Origin: an uncultured bacterium
GTDB lineage: Bacteria > Acidobacteriota > HRBIN11 > JAKEFK01
Direction of reading: 5' to 3'
Assembly (NCBI GenBank): GCA_963777505.1
Contig: CAVZQN010000004.1
Coordinates: 1,376,001-1,440,000 of the forward strand
Length of the DNA stretch: 64,000 nucleotides
In this document: piece after piece, positions 29,890-40,495 of the stretch
Numbering within the stretch: position 1 is the stretch's first letter
Layout of the letters: each line of letters begins with the position of its first letter
Position numbers and translations under genes: made by a program
The notes under the pieces: generated by a model
What the model was told of the DNA's origin: nothing
Databases searched by the model: none
What the model saw: only the letters and a program-made list of their open reading frames with translations

Positions 29890-30957
29890 ATGTCAGATCG
29901 CGATGATGTTTTAAATGCGCTATTGAATTCCTGTCCTATTCCCATTACCGATTACAAAGAAATAGTTCTTGGGCATGGAAGCGGCGGAAGGCTCACACAT
30001 CAATTGATTGAAAAGATGATGCTGCCACAATTTCGAAATGATTTGCTTGAACCATTACACGATGGCGCGATTTTTTCGTTGAATGGATGTCGTTTAGCTT
30101 TCAGCACCGATTCTTATGTGGTCAGTCCAATTTTTTTTCCAGGTGGGGACATCGGTCATCTTGCGATCAATGGCACAGTGAATGATCTTTCCATGTGCGG
30201 GGCAAAGCCATTATACCTTTCTGTCGCATTTATTCTTGAAGAGGGTTTCGCGATGGAAGATTTATGGCGGATCGTTCTTTCTATGAAGAAGGCTGCAGAA
30301 GATGCGGGCGTTACATTGGTGACAGGAGATACAAAAGTTGTTGATCGCGGTAAAGGCGACAAAATTTTTATTAATACGTCCGGTGTCGGTGTCATTGAAA
30401 CAGGTGTCAACGTTCATCCAAACCGAGTACAGGTTGGAGACCAAATTCTGATCAATGGTGCGATTGCAGCACACGGAATTGCAATTCTTGCCGTTCGAGA
30501 AAATCTGGAATTCGAATCACAAATCGTAAGCGATACAGCTCCATTGAATGATCTTGTCCAAACAATGCTTAATGCCAGCCACGAAATTCATGTTCTTCGG
30601 GATCCAACTCGCGGTGGTTTGGCCAGTACGTGTAATGAAATTGCCAAACAAGCGAAGGTTGGAATTACATTGAAGGAAAACCAGATTCCGATCGCTGAAG
30701 AAACCAAAGGGGCATGTGAAATTCTTGGACTCGATCCTTTATATGTTGCGAATGAGGGTAAACTGCTGGCATTTGTTGCGCCAACGGTCGCTGATCAGGT
30801 TCTTCATGCGATGAAGAATCATCCTCTTGGTAAAGAGTCGTCGGTCATCGGAGAAGTCGTGCAGGCACATGCCGGCACAGTCGTATTAAAGACCCGAATT
30901 GGCGGCAGCCGTGTTGTAGACATGATTTCTGGCGAACAACTCCCGCGCATCTGTTAG
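29890..30957 (+). CDS. hypE: Carbamoyl dehydratase HypE
   Basis: HGSGG, STDSYVV, GTVNDL, GDTKVV, RDPTRGG and terminal PRIC. Confidence 0.97.
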   Translation: MSDRDDVLNALLNSCPIPITDYKEIVLGHGSGGRLTHQLIEKMMLPQFRNDLLEPLHDGAIFSLNGCRLAFSTDSYVVSPIFFPGGDIGHLAINGTVNDLSMCGAKPLYLSVAFILEEGFAMEDLWRIVLSMKKAAEDAGVTLVTGDTKVVDRGKGDKIFINTSGVGVIETGVNVHPNRVQVGDQILINGAIAAHGIAILAVRENLEFESQIVSDTAPLNDLVQTMLNASHEIHVLRDPTRGGLASTCNEIAKQAKVGITLKENQIPIAEETKGACEILGLDPLYVANEGKLLAFVAPTVADQVLHAMKNHPLGKESSVIGEVVQAHAGTVVLKTRIGGSRVVDMISGEQLPRIC

Positions 30958-30980
30958 GTAAAATTTTCTTCACACTAAGA

Positions 30981-31012
30981 TCGCCGAGTTAACTCTTACA
31001 CTAACTCGGCGA
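30981..31012. terminator. Hairpin between convergent hypE and the peptidase gene, probable terminator
   Basis: 11-bp perfect stem tcgccgagtta / taactcggcga; no strong U-tract. Confidence 0.55.
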
Positions 31013-31031
31013 CCTGTGCTTCAAAAAGACT

Positions 31032-33788
31032 TTAATTCACCGTAACGGAATCGATACTGCCAGTGGAACCTCGGGACTGGAAGCCAATTGTGCCGGTTGG
31101 ATTTGTCCCAGCGCCTTTAGGCATTGTGATTAGCAAAGTATTGTTAATAAAGACCTGGAACTGGGTTCCGTTAAAAGTGATCCGAACGTCGTATGTTGTA
31201 TTTGGATCGATAGTTGCCAGGCCCTTTGCTTTAGCAACAATGGATTTGTTCACTTTTTGTTTGAGATTCCACGAGTCGCCTTGCTCATTCATCATCAATT
31301 CAACGGTGTTTTTCCTATCGAAGTACCAGGCCAGCAGCCAGACACGACTTTGTGGGCCGCCTGGTGATCGCATTTCTGCTTCAATTGTGCAATTCGAACA
31401 TCCGGTGAAGATAGGTGTTGCCACAACAACAGCTTTCTTTCCTGTTGGTGTCCCGGTTAAAAGCCCGCCTGCTTCAGCCCATGAGGGTTTGACATAGGTC
31501 CAGCCAGTGCTCAGAACGCTATCATTGAAATTGTCACAGAACAAACAGGTAACGCTTGTGATGACAATCGTGTATGAACGGCCTCCTGTGCAATCATTCG
31601 AATCCGTAGCTGTTACTACGAATGGAAAGTTTCCTGTTTGGGAAGGCGTTCCAGTAAGCGATCCATTGGACCCAAGAGTCAACGATGTAGGAAGGGACCC
31701 TGAAGTAACCGCATAGGTGTATGGTCCGGTGCCGCCAGTGGCAGTGATCGTTTGACTATAGGGTGTTCCCAATACTCCATTCGGTAGTGTTGCAGGGTTT
31801 ACTGTGATCGGTGCGCAGCCAGTAGCAGTGATTGTGAAGTTTATATTGGAAACATCAAAAAATACATTTCCCACTGCTTCTACTTTTACGCGAGCCATTG
31901 TTGAAGCGATAAATGGCACCGGTACATTTTGACTTCCATCATTCGGAGTTGATGCAAGTAGGACTGTCGGAAATGTTTGTCCGCCATCCGTTGAAAGAAG
32001 GATACGCACATTAGCAACTGAAATAGGAGCAGACGCTGTGCCTGCGACGTTCCATTCTACAGTTTCCGTCCCGCCGCCAGTCCATGTGATGGCTGTGTTG
32101 GGATCCGTAACCAGGAAAGGTCCTGCGTTATTTTCAACAGTGATAAGTGCGGTGTCGTGTGTCACGCCGCCGCCACCAACGCGATTGTCGCGCACGGTCG
32201 CACGAAAAGTGATCACGCGATCTGTTGTAGGCAGAGATTCGCCCAACGTTTCTGTGTTATTCAAAATGTCAGAAAGTTTTGGAAACGTGCGTGATGGAGA
32301 AGTGGATGGCGTAAAGGTCCGGAAGATCGGACGCGTCCCATCGTCTGTATTTGGCGGTGAAGCCGTCCCCAGATTCAGTTGTTCCCAGTTATATGTTATT
32401 GAATCACCATCAGGATCACTTCCCGTTGCAGTTAAAGTAAATGGAGTGCTTTTGGGAATTGTGTAATCGCTTCCTGCATTGCTGGTAGGAGGATTGTTTC
32501 CTGTTGCAGTTTCCGTATCACAAGTTACAGCCGTGGCAAGGTTATTCACTATATCGAAACTGCCTACATGATATTGGCTAAGCTTTCCGCCAGCTAAGTT
32601 TTCTGCACCACAAAGTCCGGCGTAGGACATGATTGTAGAACCACTGCCTGGTTCCCACGCAGTTGACGCACCGCGATTTCCACCGCCACAGTTACCAGTC
32701 GTGCCATTAAAGGTATGATGCGAACCTAATTGATGTCCCACTTCATGCGCAACAAGTAATAGATAACCGTTTCCAGTTGGATTGGTTGATGTTGAAACAC
32801 CTTGTGCTTTTAATCCTGCGTTGCATGGCGTACCGAGATACGCAACTCCATTTCCACCAAGACCTCCAAAAGCATGGCCAAGGTCATAGTTCGCTGTGCC
32901 GATTTCCGCATCAATATTCGTCTGGTTTTCTCCAAGCATTGTATTGGCGTTAGTTCCAGTGTAAGGATCAGTTGCGGGATCGGTATAGATAATCTCCAGC
33001 TCATTGTTTATAAGTACTAAACGAATTGTAAATTCACGTTCCAAAATTGCATTCAAGCTATTTGTGGTGGGAATGATGCCATTGTTTAATGCCGCATCTT
33101 TTGTTCCCGGTGGAAATCGTTGTGTATATTCACCGTTTCCAGCAATAGCCATCGTGAAATTACGAAGAGTGGCACCGGATAAAGGGACGTTCGTTACATT
33201 TTGAGGCTGAGCGATTCTTTCTTTACCTGCCGTCAAACATTCAAAGGCTTCGACGGCATCATCATCGCCCCAATAACTAATGTAGTGTTGAAGGTCGCCA
33301 TGCTGATATGCACTGATAGAAAAATTTCTATCCGCTGTTAAAACGAATGCATGAAACCCACCGGATGTCCATCCAAAGCGTGCAGTCATCGTTGCATCAT
33401 CAACACCTTGTGCGCGGTACGTTTTTATTTCTGGAAATTTTGCTGCGAGTCCAGACTGCATAATAGGTGATTCTTCGATCCTGAAACGAAGATATCGCCC
33501 ATCAGGTATGGGCAGCGAAACAATCACACTAATGCTTTTTGAGGCAGGCGTAAATTCCATGGGTGCCTGCTTCAGGAGACTTTGCAATATGTCTTTGTTC
33601 AACCGGAAACTTAAATATGCTTTCGGTTCTGTTGATCGACTGGATGTTTTTTGAATTGATTCTTCTGAAATGCGCTGCCAGATTCCATCATCCGAAAAAT
33701 CAGACGCAATCGACAACTTGCTGAAGAAAATTAAAACCAGAGTGAAAAGAAGAAACCGCCCCCACTTAATTACCATTCGAGCCCCCAT
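31032..33788 (-). CDS. Secreted M12 (reprolysin-like) zinc metallopeptidase with Ig-like domains and a conserved C-terminal domain
   Basis: Signal peptide; prodomain; HEVGHQLGSHH zinc motif; GSTIMSY Met-turn; PKD/He_PIG-like Ig domains. Confidence 0.9.
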   Translation of the reverse strand: MGARMVIKWGRFLLFTLVLIFFSKLSIASDFSDDGIWQRISEESIQKTSSRSTEPKAYLSFRLNKDILQSLLKQAPMEFTPASKSISVIVSLPIPDGRYLRFRIEESPIMQSGLAAKFPEIKTYRAQGVDDATMTARFGWTSGGFHAFVLTADRNFSISAYQHGDLQHYISYWGDDDAVEAFECLTAGKERIAQPQNVTNVPLSGATLRNFTMAIAGNGEYTQRFPPGTKDAALNNGIIPTTNSLNAILEREFTIRLVLINNELEIIYTDPATDPYTGTNANTMLGENQTNIDAEIGTANYDLGHAFGGLGGNGVAYLGTPCNAGLKAQGVSTSTNPTGNGYLLLVAHEVGHQLGSHHTFNGTTGNCGGGNRGASTAWEPGSGSTIMSYAGLCGAENLAGGKLSQYHVGSFDIVNNLATAVTCDTETATGNNPPTSNAGSDYTIPKSTPFTLTATGSDPDGDSITYNWEQLNLGTASPPNTDDGTRPIFRTFTPSTSPSRTFPKLSDILNNTETLGESLPTTDRVITFRATVRDNRVGGGGVTHDTALITVENNAGPFLVTDPNTAITWTGGGTETVEWNVAGTASAPISVANVRILLSTDGGQTFPTVLLASTPNDGSQNVPVPFIASTMARVKVEAVGNVFFDVSNINFTITATGCAPITVNPATLPNGVLGTPYSQTITATGGTGPYTYAVTSGSLPTSLTLGSNGSLTGTPSQTGNFPFVVTATDSNDCTGGRSYTIVITSVTCLFCDNFNDSVLSTGWTYVKPSWAEAGGLLTGTPTGKKAVVVATPIFTGCSNCTIEAEMRSPGGPQSRVWLLAWYFDRKNTVELMMNEQGDSWNLKQKVNKSIVAKAKGLATIDPNTTYDVRITFNGTQFQVFINNTLLITMPKGAGTNPTGTIGFQSRGSTGSIDSVTVN

Positions 33789-33863
33789 AACCTGTTTGAA
33801 CAGGCTTTTTTAATATTGTAGAGCTTGTGGGTTTAGGACGTCAATGGGAAAGTCAGAAGAAAG

Positions 33864-33924
33864 CGAGCAGGGGAACAGAGGGTAGGTCCTCTGCACCCCT
33901 GCTCCTCTGCACCTCGGCTCCCCG
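33864..33924. repeat. Octamer-type (gagcaggg / cccctgct) palindromic repeat
   Basis: gagcaggggaacagagg ... cctctgcacccctgctcctctgcacctcggctcccc. Confidence 0.6.
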
Positions 33925-33981
33925 GCAGAAGCGCGTAGCTACACTGACTCGTGCTATGATCAAAGTGGAGATGATTCAGGG

Positions 33982-35208
33982 ATGGAGCTACGGGACCGTC
34001 TGCGTGCTCTAAAAATAGCTTCCTCGGACAAAAAGCCCGATCTGCCTCGAAAGATGGGCCCACTTCCAAGTCTTTTGTCGACGACAAACGCATCTGGCCA
34101 AACTTATATTTGCGACAAAATCTACATTGAATACCATGGTCAAATTGATCTTAAAAATTTTCCGGAAATTCCCGCTAGCTCGTTGCGTTTTCTTACCTTA
34201 GATCGATCTATCCAGGAATTTAACCTCCAAAAAACACTTTTCTTCGATATAGAAACGACCGGCACAGCTGGAGGGACAGGAACGTATGCATTTCTCGTGG
34301 GGTTCGGTTATGTAGAAGAGGGATATTTTCAAATCCGCCAGTTCTTTTTGCACGATTTAGCTGAGGAATCTGCTTTTTTGCAGGCGATTGTAGAATTTGT
34401 TGAGAATTATGATTGTCTCGTAACCTATAACGGAAAATGTTTCGATACTCAAATTCTGAAAAACCGCTATTTAATGCATCGCAGAGACGATCCTCTGGAA
34501 GGCAAGCAGCATGTCGACATGCTCTTCGTTGCACGCAGACTCTGGAAAAGAAAACATACGGAATGTGATCTGATCAATTTAGAACGCTGCGTCTTGCAAT
34601 TTTTTAGAGAAAATGACATTCCCGGTCAATTAATTCCAGCAGCGTATTCAAACTATCTTCGTTACGCGAATACGAATTTGATTCAAGAAGTGCTTCACCA
34701 CAATCAGCTTGATATTCTTTCGCTTGCTGTATTGACTGCAAAAGCCTGTCTACTACAACAAGCCTCGCATGAGGCTTCACCTGAAGAACACTTTTCGCTA
34801 GGGGTTCTTTATGAAAGACATAAGGAATATCGTCAGGCAATTGAGCATTTGATACAGGCACTCCAAACTGATTCGGCAAAATTCAAAGATCAAGCATTGA
34901 TGGCTATTGCACGAAACCTGAGAAGAGTGAAAGATGTTGATCGGATGCAGTGGCTTCTTAGAGAAACAGGTGAGCAGGTAAGTGATGGCGATTTGTGTAG
35001 AAAGTTATGCATACTTTGCGAACATGATATGAAAGATCCTGAACTGGCAATGCGTCTTGTTGAAGGACAAATCAAGCGTCATGAAAAATTTCGTGGAATC
35101 AGCAGTAAACATTCGGAAGCAATTATGCCGTGGTATCATCGGAAAAAGCGTCTTGAAATGAAGCTTACTAAGCTTAACCGCAAAGGCGCGGAGATTCTTA
35201 GCTTATGA
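33982..35208 (+). CDS. mrfB: RNase H-like (DnaQ-fold) exonuclease with TPR C-terminus (MrfB/YprB-like)
   Basis: FFDIETTG.AGGTGTYAFLVG, VTYNGKCFD, HVDML..ARRLW and HNQLDILSL motifs. Confidence 0.88.
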   Translation: MELRDRLRALKIASSDKKPDLPRKMGPLPSLLSTTNASGQTYICDKIYIEYHGQIDLKNFPEIPASSLRFLTLDRSIQEFNLQKTLFFDIETTGTAGGTGTYAFLVGFGYVEEGYFQIRQFFLHDLAEESAFLQAIVEFVENYDCLVTYNGKCFDTQILKNRYLMHRRDDPLEGKQHVDMLFVARRLWKRKHTECDLINLERCVLQFFRENDIPGQLIPAAYSNYLRYANTNLIQEVLHHNQLDILSLAVLTAKACLLQQASHEASPEEHFSLGVLYERHKEYRQAIEHLIQALQTDSAKFKDQALMAIARNLRRVKDVDRMQWLLRETGEQVSDGDLCRKLCILCEHDMKDPELAMRLVEGQIKRHEKFRGISSKHSEAIMPWYHRKKRLEMKLTKLNRKGAEILSL

Positions 35209-36170
35209 GTGAAATGAAGATCCCGCAGCTCCAAGATGTATTAAATGCTCGACGAATCATTCGGAAGTATTTGCCGCCGACCCCATTGCACAATTATCCA
35301 GCCCTCGATCAAATCGTTGGTGCACGCGTTTTCGTAAAGCATGAAAATTATCAGCCGATCGGCGCATTTAAAATTCGCGGTGGAATCAACATACTTGCAC
35401 AGTTAAATTCACAAGAAAGAGAAGCAGGTGTTGCAACGGCTTCTACAGGTAACCACGGACAATCCATTGCATATGCTGCGCGGATTTTTGGAGTGCATGC
35501 GACGATTTGTGTTCCTGAAAAAGCAAACCCAATCAAGGTGGAAGCGATTCGAAGTCATGGCGCAGAAATTATTGCTCATGGCAAGGACTTCGATGAAGCA
35601 AAAGATTTTTGCGAGACAATGGCGCGTGAAAGGAGGATGCGGTTTATTTCATCGGGTGATGAGCCACATCTGATTTCTGGTGTCGCTACCCATACACTTG
35701 AAATTATGGAAGAGCTGCCCGATGTTCAAACGATTATCGTTCCTGTGGGTGGGGGAAGTGGTTCATCCGGAGCCTGCCTGACCGCTAAGACTATGAATCC
35801 TTCAGTTGAAGTAATCGCGGTTCAAGCCAAGGCTGCGCCTGCCGCGTATTTGACATGGAAAAATCAAAAAGCAACAGAATCAAAAATGGAAACGATGGCG
35901 GAGGGCCTTGCCTGTCGTGTTCCTTTTATGCTTCCGCAGCAGATTTTGTGGAAGTACCTTGATGACTTCGTCTTAATCGAAGAAGATGAAATGAAAAGCG
36001 CGATTCGCATTTATCTTGAGAAAGCCAAAACGCTCAGTGAACCTGCTGGAGCTGCTTCACTTGCAGCTGCATTGCGATTGAAGGATCGCATCAAAGGGAA
36101 AACGATTGCTCTGATTTTGTCAGGTGGAAATATTACGCCCGATCAACTACGAGAGATTCTGAACCGCTAA
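35205..36170 (+). CDS. PLP-dependent threonine/serine dehydratase family enzyme
   Basis: KHENYQPIGAFKIRGG, ASTGNHGQ, PVGGGSG and LSGGN. Confidence 0.92.
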   Translation: MSEMKIPQLQDVLNARRIIRKYLPPTPLHNYPALDQIVGARVFVKHENYQPIGAFKIRGGINILAQLNSQEREAGVATASTGNHGQSIAYAARIFGVHATICVPEKANPIKVEAIRSHGAEIIAHGKDFDEAKDFCETMARERRMRFISSGDEPHLISGVATHTLEIMEELPDVQTIIVPVGGGSGSSGACLTAKTMNPSVEVIAVQAKAAPAAYLTWKNQKATESKMETMAEGLACRVPFMLPQQILWKYLDDFVLIEEDEMKSAIRIYLEKAKTLSEPAGAASLAAALRLKDRIKGKTIALILSGGNITPDQLREILNR

Positions 36171-37217
36171 GACTCAGAGATTAGACCCAGAGGCACAAAG
36201 TTTGGGTTGATGTATTTTGTGCCGAGTTGGCCGCAAGCCGCACTGATATCAGGACCACGGCTTCTACGTACCGATACAATCCGTGCCACCATCCACTAAA
36301 ATTCCGGCAAATCTGCTGATCGTTTCATCATCAGGACGATCATAAGGCAAATGCGGATCAGGATTTAAGGGAATTAGATTGATCTTGCACCGTACAGCTT
36401 GTGTTGCTTCAAGAAGCTCATGAGCATGCTGCGCAGAATCATTCACACCTTTCAGCAAAACATATTCGAACGTAATGCGTTGTCTGTGACGCAGCGGTAG
36501 TTCCGTCAGTGTTTTGATTAATAATTCAATCGGATAGAGTCGATTGATAGGCATCAATTCACTTCGTAGTTTGTTATTCGGAGCATTGAGTGACACTGCA
36601 AGATTCGGAATTACTTTTTCATCTTTTAAACGCACCAAAGATGGAATGTATCCAACGGTTGATACCGTAATTCTTCGCGCTGAAATGGAAAGCCCTCGCT
36701 CATGTATCAGGATCCTGAACGCTTTCATAACATTGTCATAGTTGTGCATCGGTTCACCCATGCCCATAAAAACAATATTGAAAGCCTTCTCTCTTCCATG
36801 ACGCTGAATAGCAAGGAGGACTTGTCCCACAATTTCACCTGCAGATAAATGTCGCAGCAAGTTCATCCGGGCGGTCACACAGAATTTGCATCCAAAGGAG
36901 CAGCCTGACTGACTCGAAATGCAGAGAGTATCCCGCTTTTCGTCAGGCATATGGACTGCTTCGATGCTTTCGCCTGCTGTATTCAGAACGTACTTCGTTG
37001 TGCCATCGCTCGATTCCTGAAATTCCAATATGTTTGGCAGAGAGATGCTAAATCGTTGCGAAAGCTCCACGCGAAATTCCTGAGGCAAATTGCTCATCTT
37101 TTCGAAATCAAAGACATGCCGCGCATAGATCCATTCAAAAATCTGTGTCGCGCGGTATGCAGGCCCCTTAATAAGAGCTGCAATGTCTGGAATTTCAAGG
37201 CCTAAGATTTCTTGCAT
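36167..37217 (-). CDS. rlmN: Dual-specificity RNA methyltransferase RlmN, +1 frameshift at 36281-36282 near the C-terminus
   Basis: CISSQSGCSFGCKFC, MGMGEP, SLNA and EYVLL. The missing C-terminus IVSVRRSRGPDISAACGQL is in the adjacent frame, ending TAG at 36167. Confidence 0.93.
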
Positions 37218-37242
37218 ATTGTCATTATAATTTGATTGTCAT

Positions 37243-39313
37243 ATGTCTGCTCCTTTTGAATATCCCAAGACCCGTAAGTCTGATGTAGCCGAAAATCTTC
37301 ACGGAACGCTTGTGGAGGATCCTTACCGCTGGCTTGAAGATCTGGATTCCGAAGAAACTCGTGCCTGGATTGAAGATCAAAATCGTTTGACCTTTTCCTT
37401 TCTGGAACAAATTCCCAACCGCGAAGAGATTAAGACCCGCCTTACGAAACTTTGGGACTACGAAAAATTCGGGGTTCCTCACCGCGAAGGTAAGCGTTAT
37501 TTCTTTTCAAAGAATGACGGACTTCAAAATCAATTTGTGTTGTACACGACTGAGTCCCTTCATCAAGAACCGCGCGTTCTGTTGGATCCAAACTTGCTTT
37601 CCAAGGATGGGACTGTTGCACTTACAGGTTATGCAATTAACGATGACGGAAATTTAATGGCGTACGGCCTTTCTTCTGCCGGTTCGGATTGGATGGATTG
37701 GAAAGTCCGTAATGTTGTAAGTGGAGAGGATCTTGCTGATGTTTTGAAGTGGATTAAATTTTCTTCCGCATCATGGACAAAAGACTCCTCCGGATTCTTT
37801 TACTCACGATACGCTGAGCCAGATCCCGAAACGACAATGGAGCAAACAAATTATTTTCAGAAACTGTACTTCCATAAACTCGGAACTCCGCAATCGCAAG
37901 ATATTCTGGTCTTCGAAAACCAGAGCGAACCTGAATGGGGTTTTAGCGGTTATGTTACCGAAGATGGCGAATACCTGATCATCACAGTTTCAAAAGGTAC
38001 AGACCCGCGCTATGCGGTGTACTACATAAACTTACGCTCTGCTGGAATGGAACGTTAAAAAGTTGCTTGGCGACTTTGATGCTGAATATTCCTTTATGGG
38101 AAATGAAGGAGAACGGTTCTGGTTTAAAACAAATCTGAATGCTCCACGCGGCCGTGTCATTGAAGTTCACTTATCAAATCCAGCGCGCGATCAATGGCGT
38201 GAAATAATTCCTGAGATGACCGACACTTTGGAGAATGCACGCATTTTGAATCGTCAGATCCTTGGGTCTTATTTGAAGGATGCTCATTCAGACATCCGAA
38301 TTTTCGATCTGAACGGCTCTTTCATTCGCGACCTGGAGCTTCCAGGCACTGGAACAGCCGGTGGGTTTTCAGGAAAACAAATTGATGAGGAGACGTTTTA
38401 TCATTTTACAAGTTACACGAGTCCAGTCATCATCTACCGGCTCGATTTAAATACTGGCAAATCAACAATAGTTTGGAAACCAAAATTACTCTTTGATCCC
38501 AATCAATTCGAAACCAGACAAGTGTTTTTTGTAAGCAAGGATGGAACCAGAGTGCCGATGTTCATAAGCCATCGAAAAGGCTTGGCTCTGGATGAAAATA
38601 ACAAAACTTATTTATATGGATACGGCGGGTTCAACATTTCGATGACGCCGGCATTTAGTGTTGCAATGCTTGTTTGGATGGAAATGGGTGGTGTCTTTGC
38701 TCTGGCGAATTTGCGCGGCGGCGGTGAATATGGTGAAGATTGGCATCGTGCCGGTACAGTTCGTAATAAACAAAATGTGTTCGATGATTTTATTGCTGCG
38801 GCAGAGTGGCTGATCAGCAACAAATATACAAAGCCTTCATTGTTGGCAATCGGTGGTGGCTCGAATGGAGGTTTGCTCGTTACAGCAGCTATGATTCAAC
38901 GTCCTGATCTGTTTGGAGCAGTCATGCCTTCAGTTGGAGTCATGGACATGCTTCGTTTCCATAAATTTACGATCGGTTGGGCATGGATTGATGATTATGG
39001 AAACCCTGAGAATCCTGAACATTTCCGCGCGTTATATGCATATTCTCCACTTCATAATGTAAAGAAAGGGGTTTCATATCCTGCTGTGATGCTGACAACG
39101 GCTGATCATGATGACAGAGTTGTGCCTTCGCATAGTTTTAAATTCGCCGCAGCGCTGCAAGATGCTCAGGCAGGAGATTCACCGATACTCATTCGCGTTG
39201 ATGTTCGTGCAGGGCATGGCGCAGGTAAGCCGACTTCTAAGATGATCGATGAGATTTCGGATAAATGGGCTTTTTTGATGGAAATTTTGAACCGCAAAGA
39301 CACAGACCGTTAA
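37243..39313 (+). CDS. Prolyl oligopeptidase (S9A), +1 frameshift at about 38044
   Basis: DPYRWLED N-terminus, GYGGF, RGGGEYG, GGSNGG (Ser), DDRV (Asp) and AGHG (His). One G deletion restores SAEWNVKKLLGDFDAEY. Confidence 0.93.
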
Positions 39314-40368
39314 GTGTGTAGGACGGTTCGATTGCGGCCTGCTTCTTTTGCGCGATAGAGCGCTTGATCTGCAAGTTTGATGAGGTCTTCGATATTTTGT
39401 GCCGGTGAAATAGGATAGCAAGAAATTCCAATGCTTACTGTTGCAAAACGTTCTGCATCGGAAGTGTCCATGCTTTCGAAAGTTTTGCGGATCCGTTCTG
39501 CAAGCAGCACGGCACCATCGGACGCGGTTTCTGGAAGCAGAATCATAAACTCATCACCGCCGTAACGTGAGATCACATCTTCAAGGCGGCAGATAGACCG
39601 AAGTGTTGATGCAATTTTTCGTAAAACCACATCACCATGATCATGTCCGCGAGTATCATTGATCATTTTGAATCGATCCACATCAATCATCAAAATACTC
39701 AAAGGACGCTGACGTCTGAGCGCGCGTTTCCATTCGACTTGTGCTGCCGCAGTTGTGTAATGCCGTTGAAACAATCGGGTAAGCCCATCAAGAGAGGCCA
39801 TTTCAAACAAGTATGCATTTTCCAGCGCGAGCCCCGCGTTCAATGCAAGCGCATTCACGATCGCTTCTTCCATTTCGGTAAATGGTGTAGGACTTCTGCT
39901 GTCTTCATAGAGCACGCCAACGATCTTGCGTGTATCACTGATCCCCTGAATCGAACGATACGCAAACAAAGGCACACAGAAACCACTTTGAATTTTAAGA
40001 GCTCTCACACTATCACTTGTGAATTTGGACGTGTTGTTAAATGAAAATACTTTTTGTTGATCTACGGCTTTGCGGATCATCGTCTTGCTGACTTTGAATT
40101 GTTCTGAAGCGAGATTGTTCCCAGTATTATCGCGGCCGAGACGGAATTCAAGCTCCCGATCCTGATTAAACATCATGATGAAGCCACGCTGCATTCCGGT
40201 GAGTTCAAGCGCTGAATCAAGAACAATTTGAAGTGCTTTTTCGAGATCTAATGTGCTATGTAAGGTGTGGGTGTTTTTTAATAGCTTAAGCAGATTTTGT
40301 AGTTTTGCATCCCGGTTACGAGATGCATCGCTCACCTTATTCCCCATCCTTGGATTATTGTCTACCAA
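39310..40368 (-). CDS. GAF-domain diguanylate cyclase
   Basis: GAF domain, then DGLTRL, DVDRFKMIND and RLEDVISRYGGDEF (RxxD I-site present). Start may be ATG 40347. Confidence 0.92.
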   Translation of the reverse strand: MVDNNPRMGNKVSDASRNRDAKLQNLLKLLKNTHTLHSTLDLEKALQIVLDSALELTGMQRGFIMMFNQDRELEFRLGRDNTGNNLASEQFKVSKTMIRKAVDQQKVFSFNNTSKFTSDSVRALKIQSGFCVPLFAYRSIQGISDTRKIVGVLYEDSRSPTPFTEMEEAIVNALALNAGLALENAYLFEMASLDGLTRLFQRHYTTAAAQVEWKRALRRQRPLSILMIDVDRFKMINDTRGHDHGDVVLRKIASTLRSICRLEDVISRYGGDEFMILLPETASDGAVLLAERIRKTFESMDTSDAERFATVSIGISCYPISPAQNIEDLIKLADQALYRAKEAGRNRTVLHT

Positions 40369-40432
40369 ATGTTGCGGGAACGCAAAAAGAAGATTCCCTG
40401 ACGAGAGAACAGAATAGCTGCTACTCTACGGC

Positions 40433-40470
40433 AAAAAAAAGCGTTCTCCCCGCCGAAGCGGAGAGAACGC
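40433..40470 (-). terminator. Rho-independent terminator of the adhesin gene
   Basis: Minus strand gcgttctctccgc-ttcg-gcggggagaacgc followed by T8. Confidence 0.9.
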
Positions 40471-40495
40471 CTTAGGATTAGTGCTGATCGCTAGA

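Noticed and set aside
14544-33981. Prophage, ICE or transposon as carrier of the hydrogenase block
   Set aside because: No integrase, transposase, att-like direct repeats or tRNA target visible.
36264-37217. RlmN variant lacking the catalytic C-terminal Cys
   Set aside because: The AACGQL motif is present in the adjacent frame immediately downstream.
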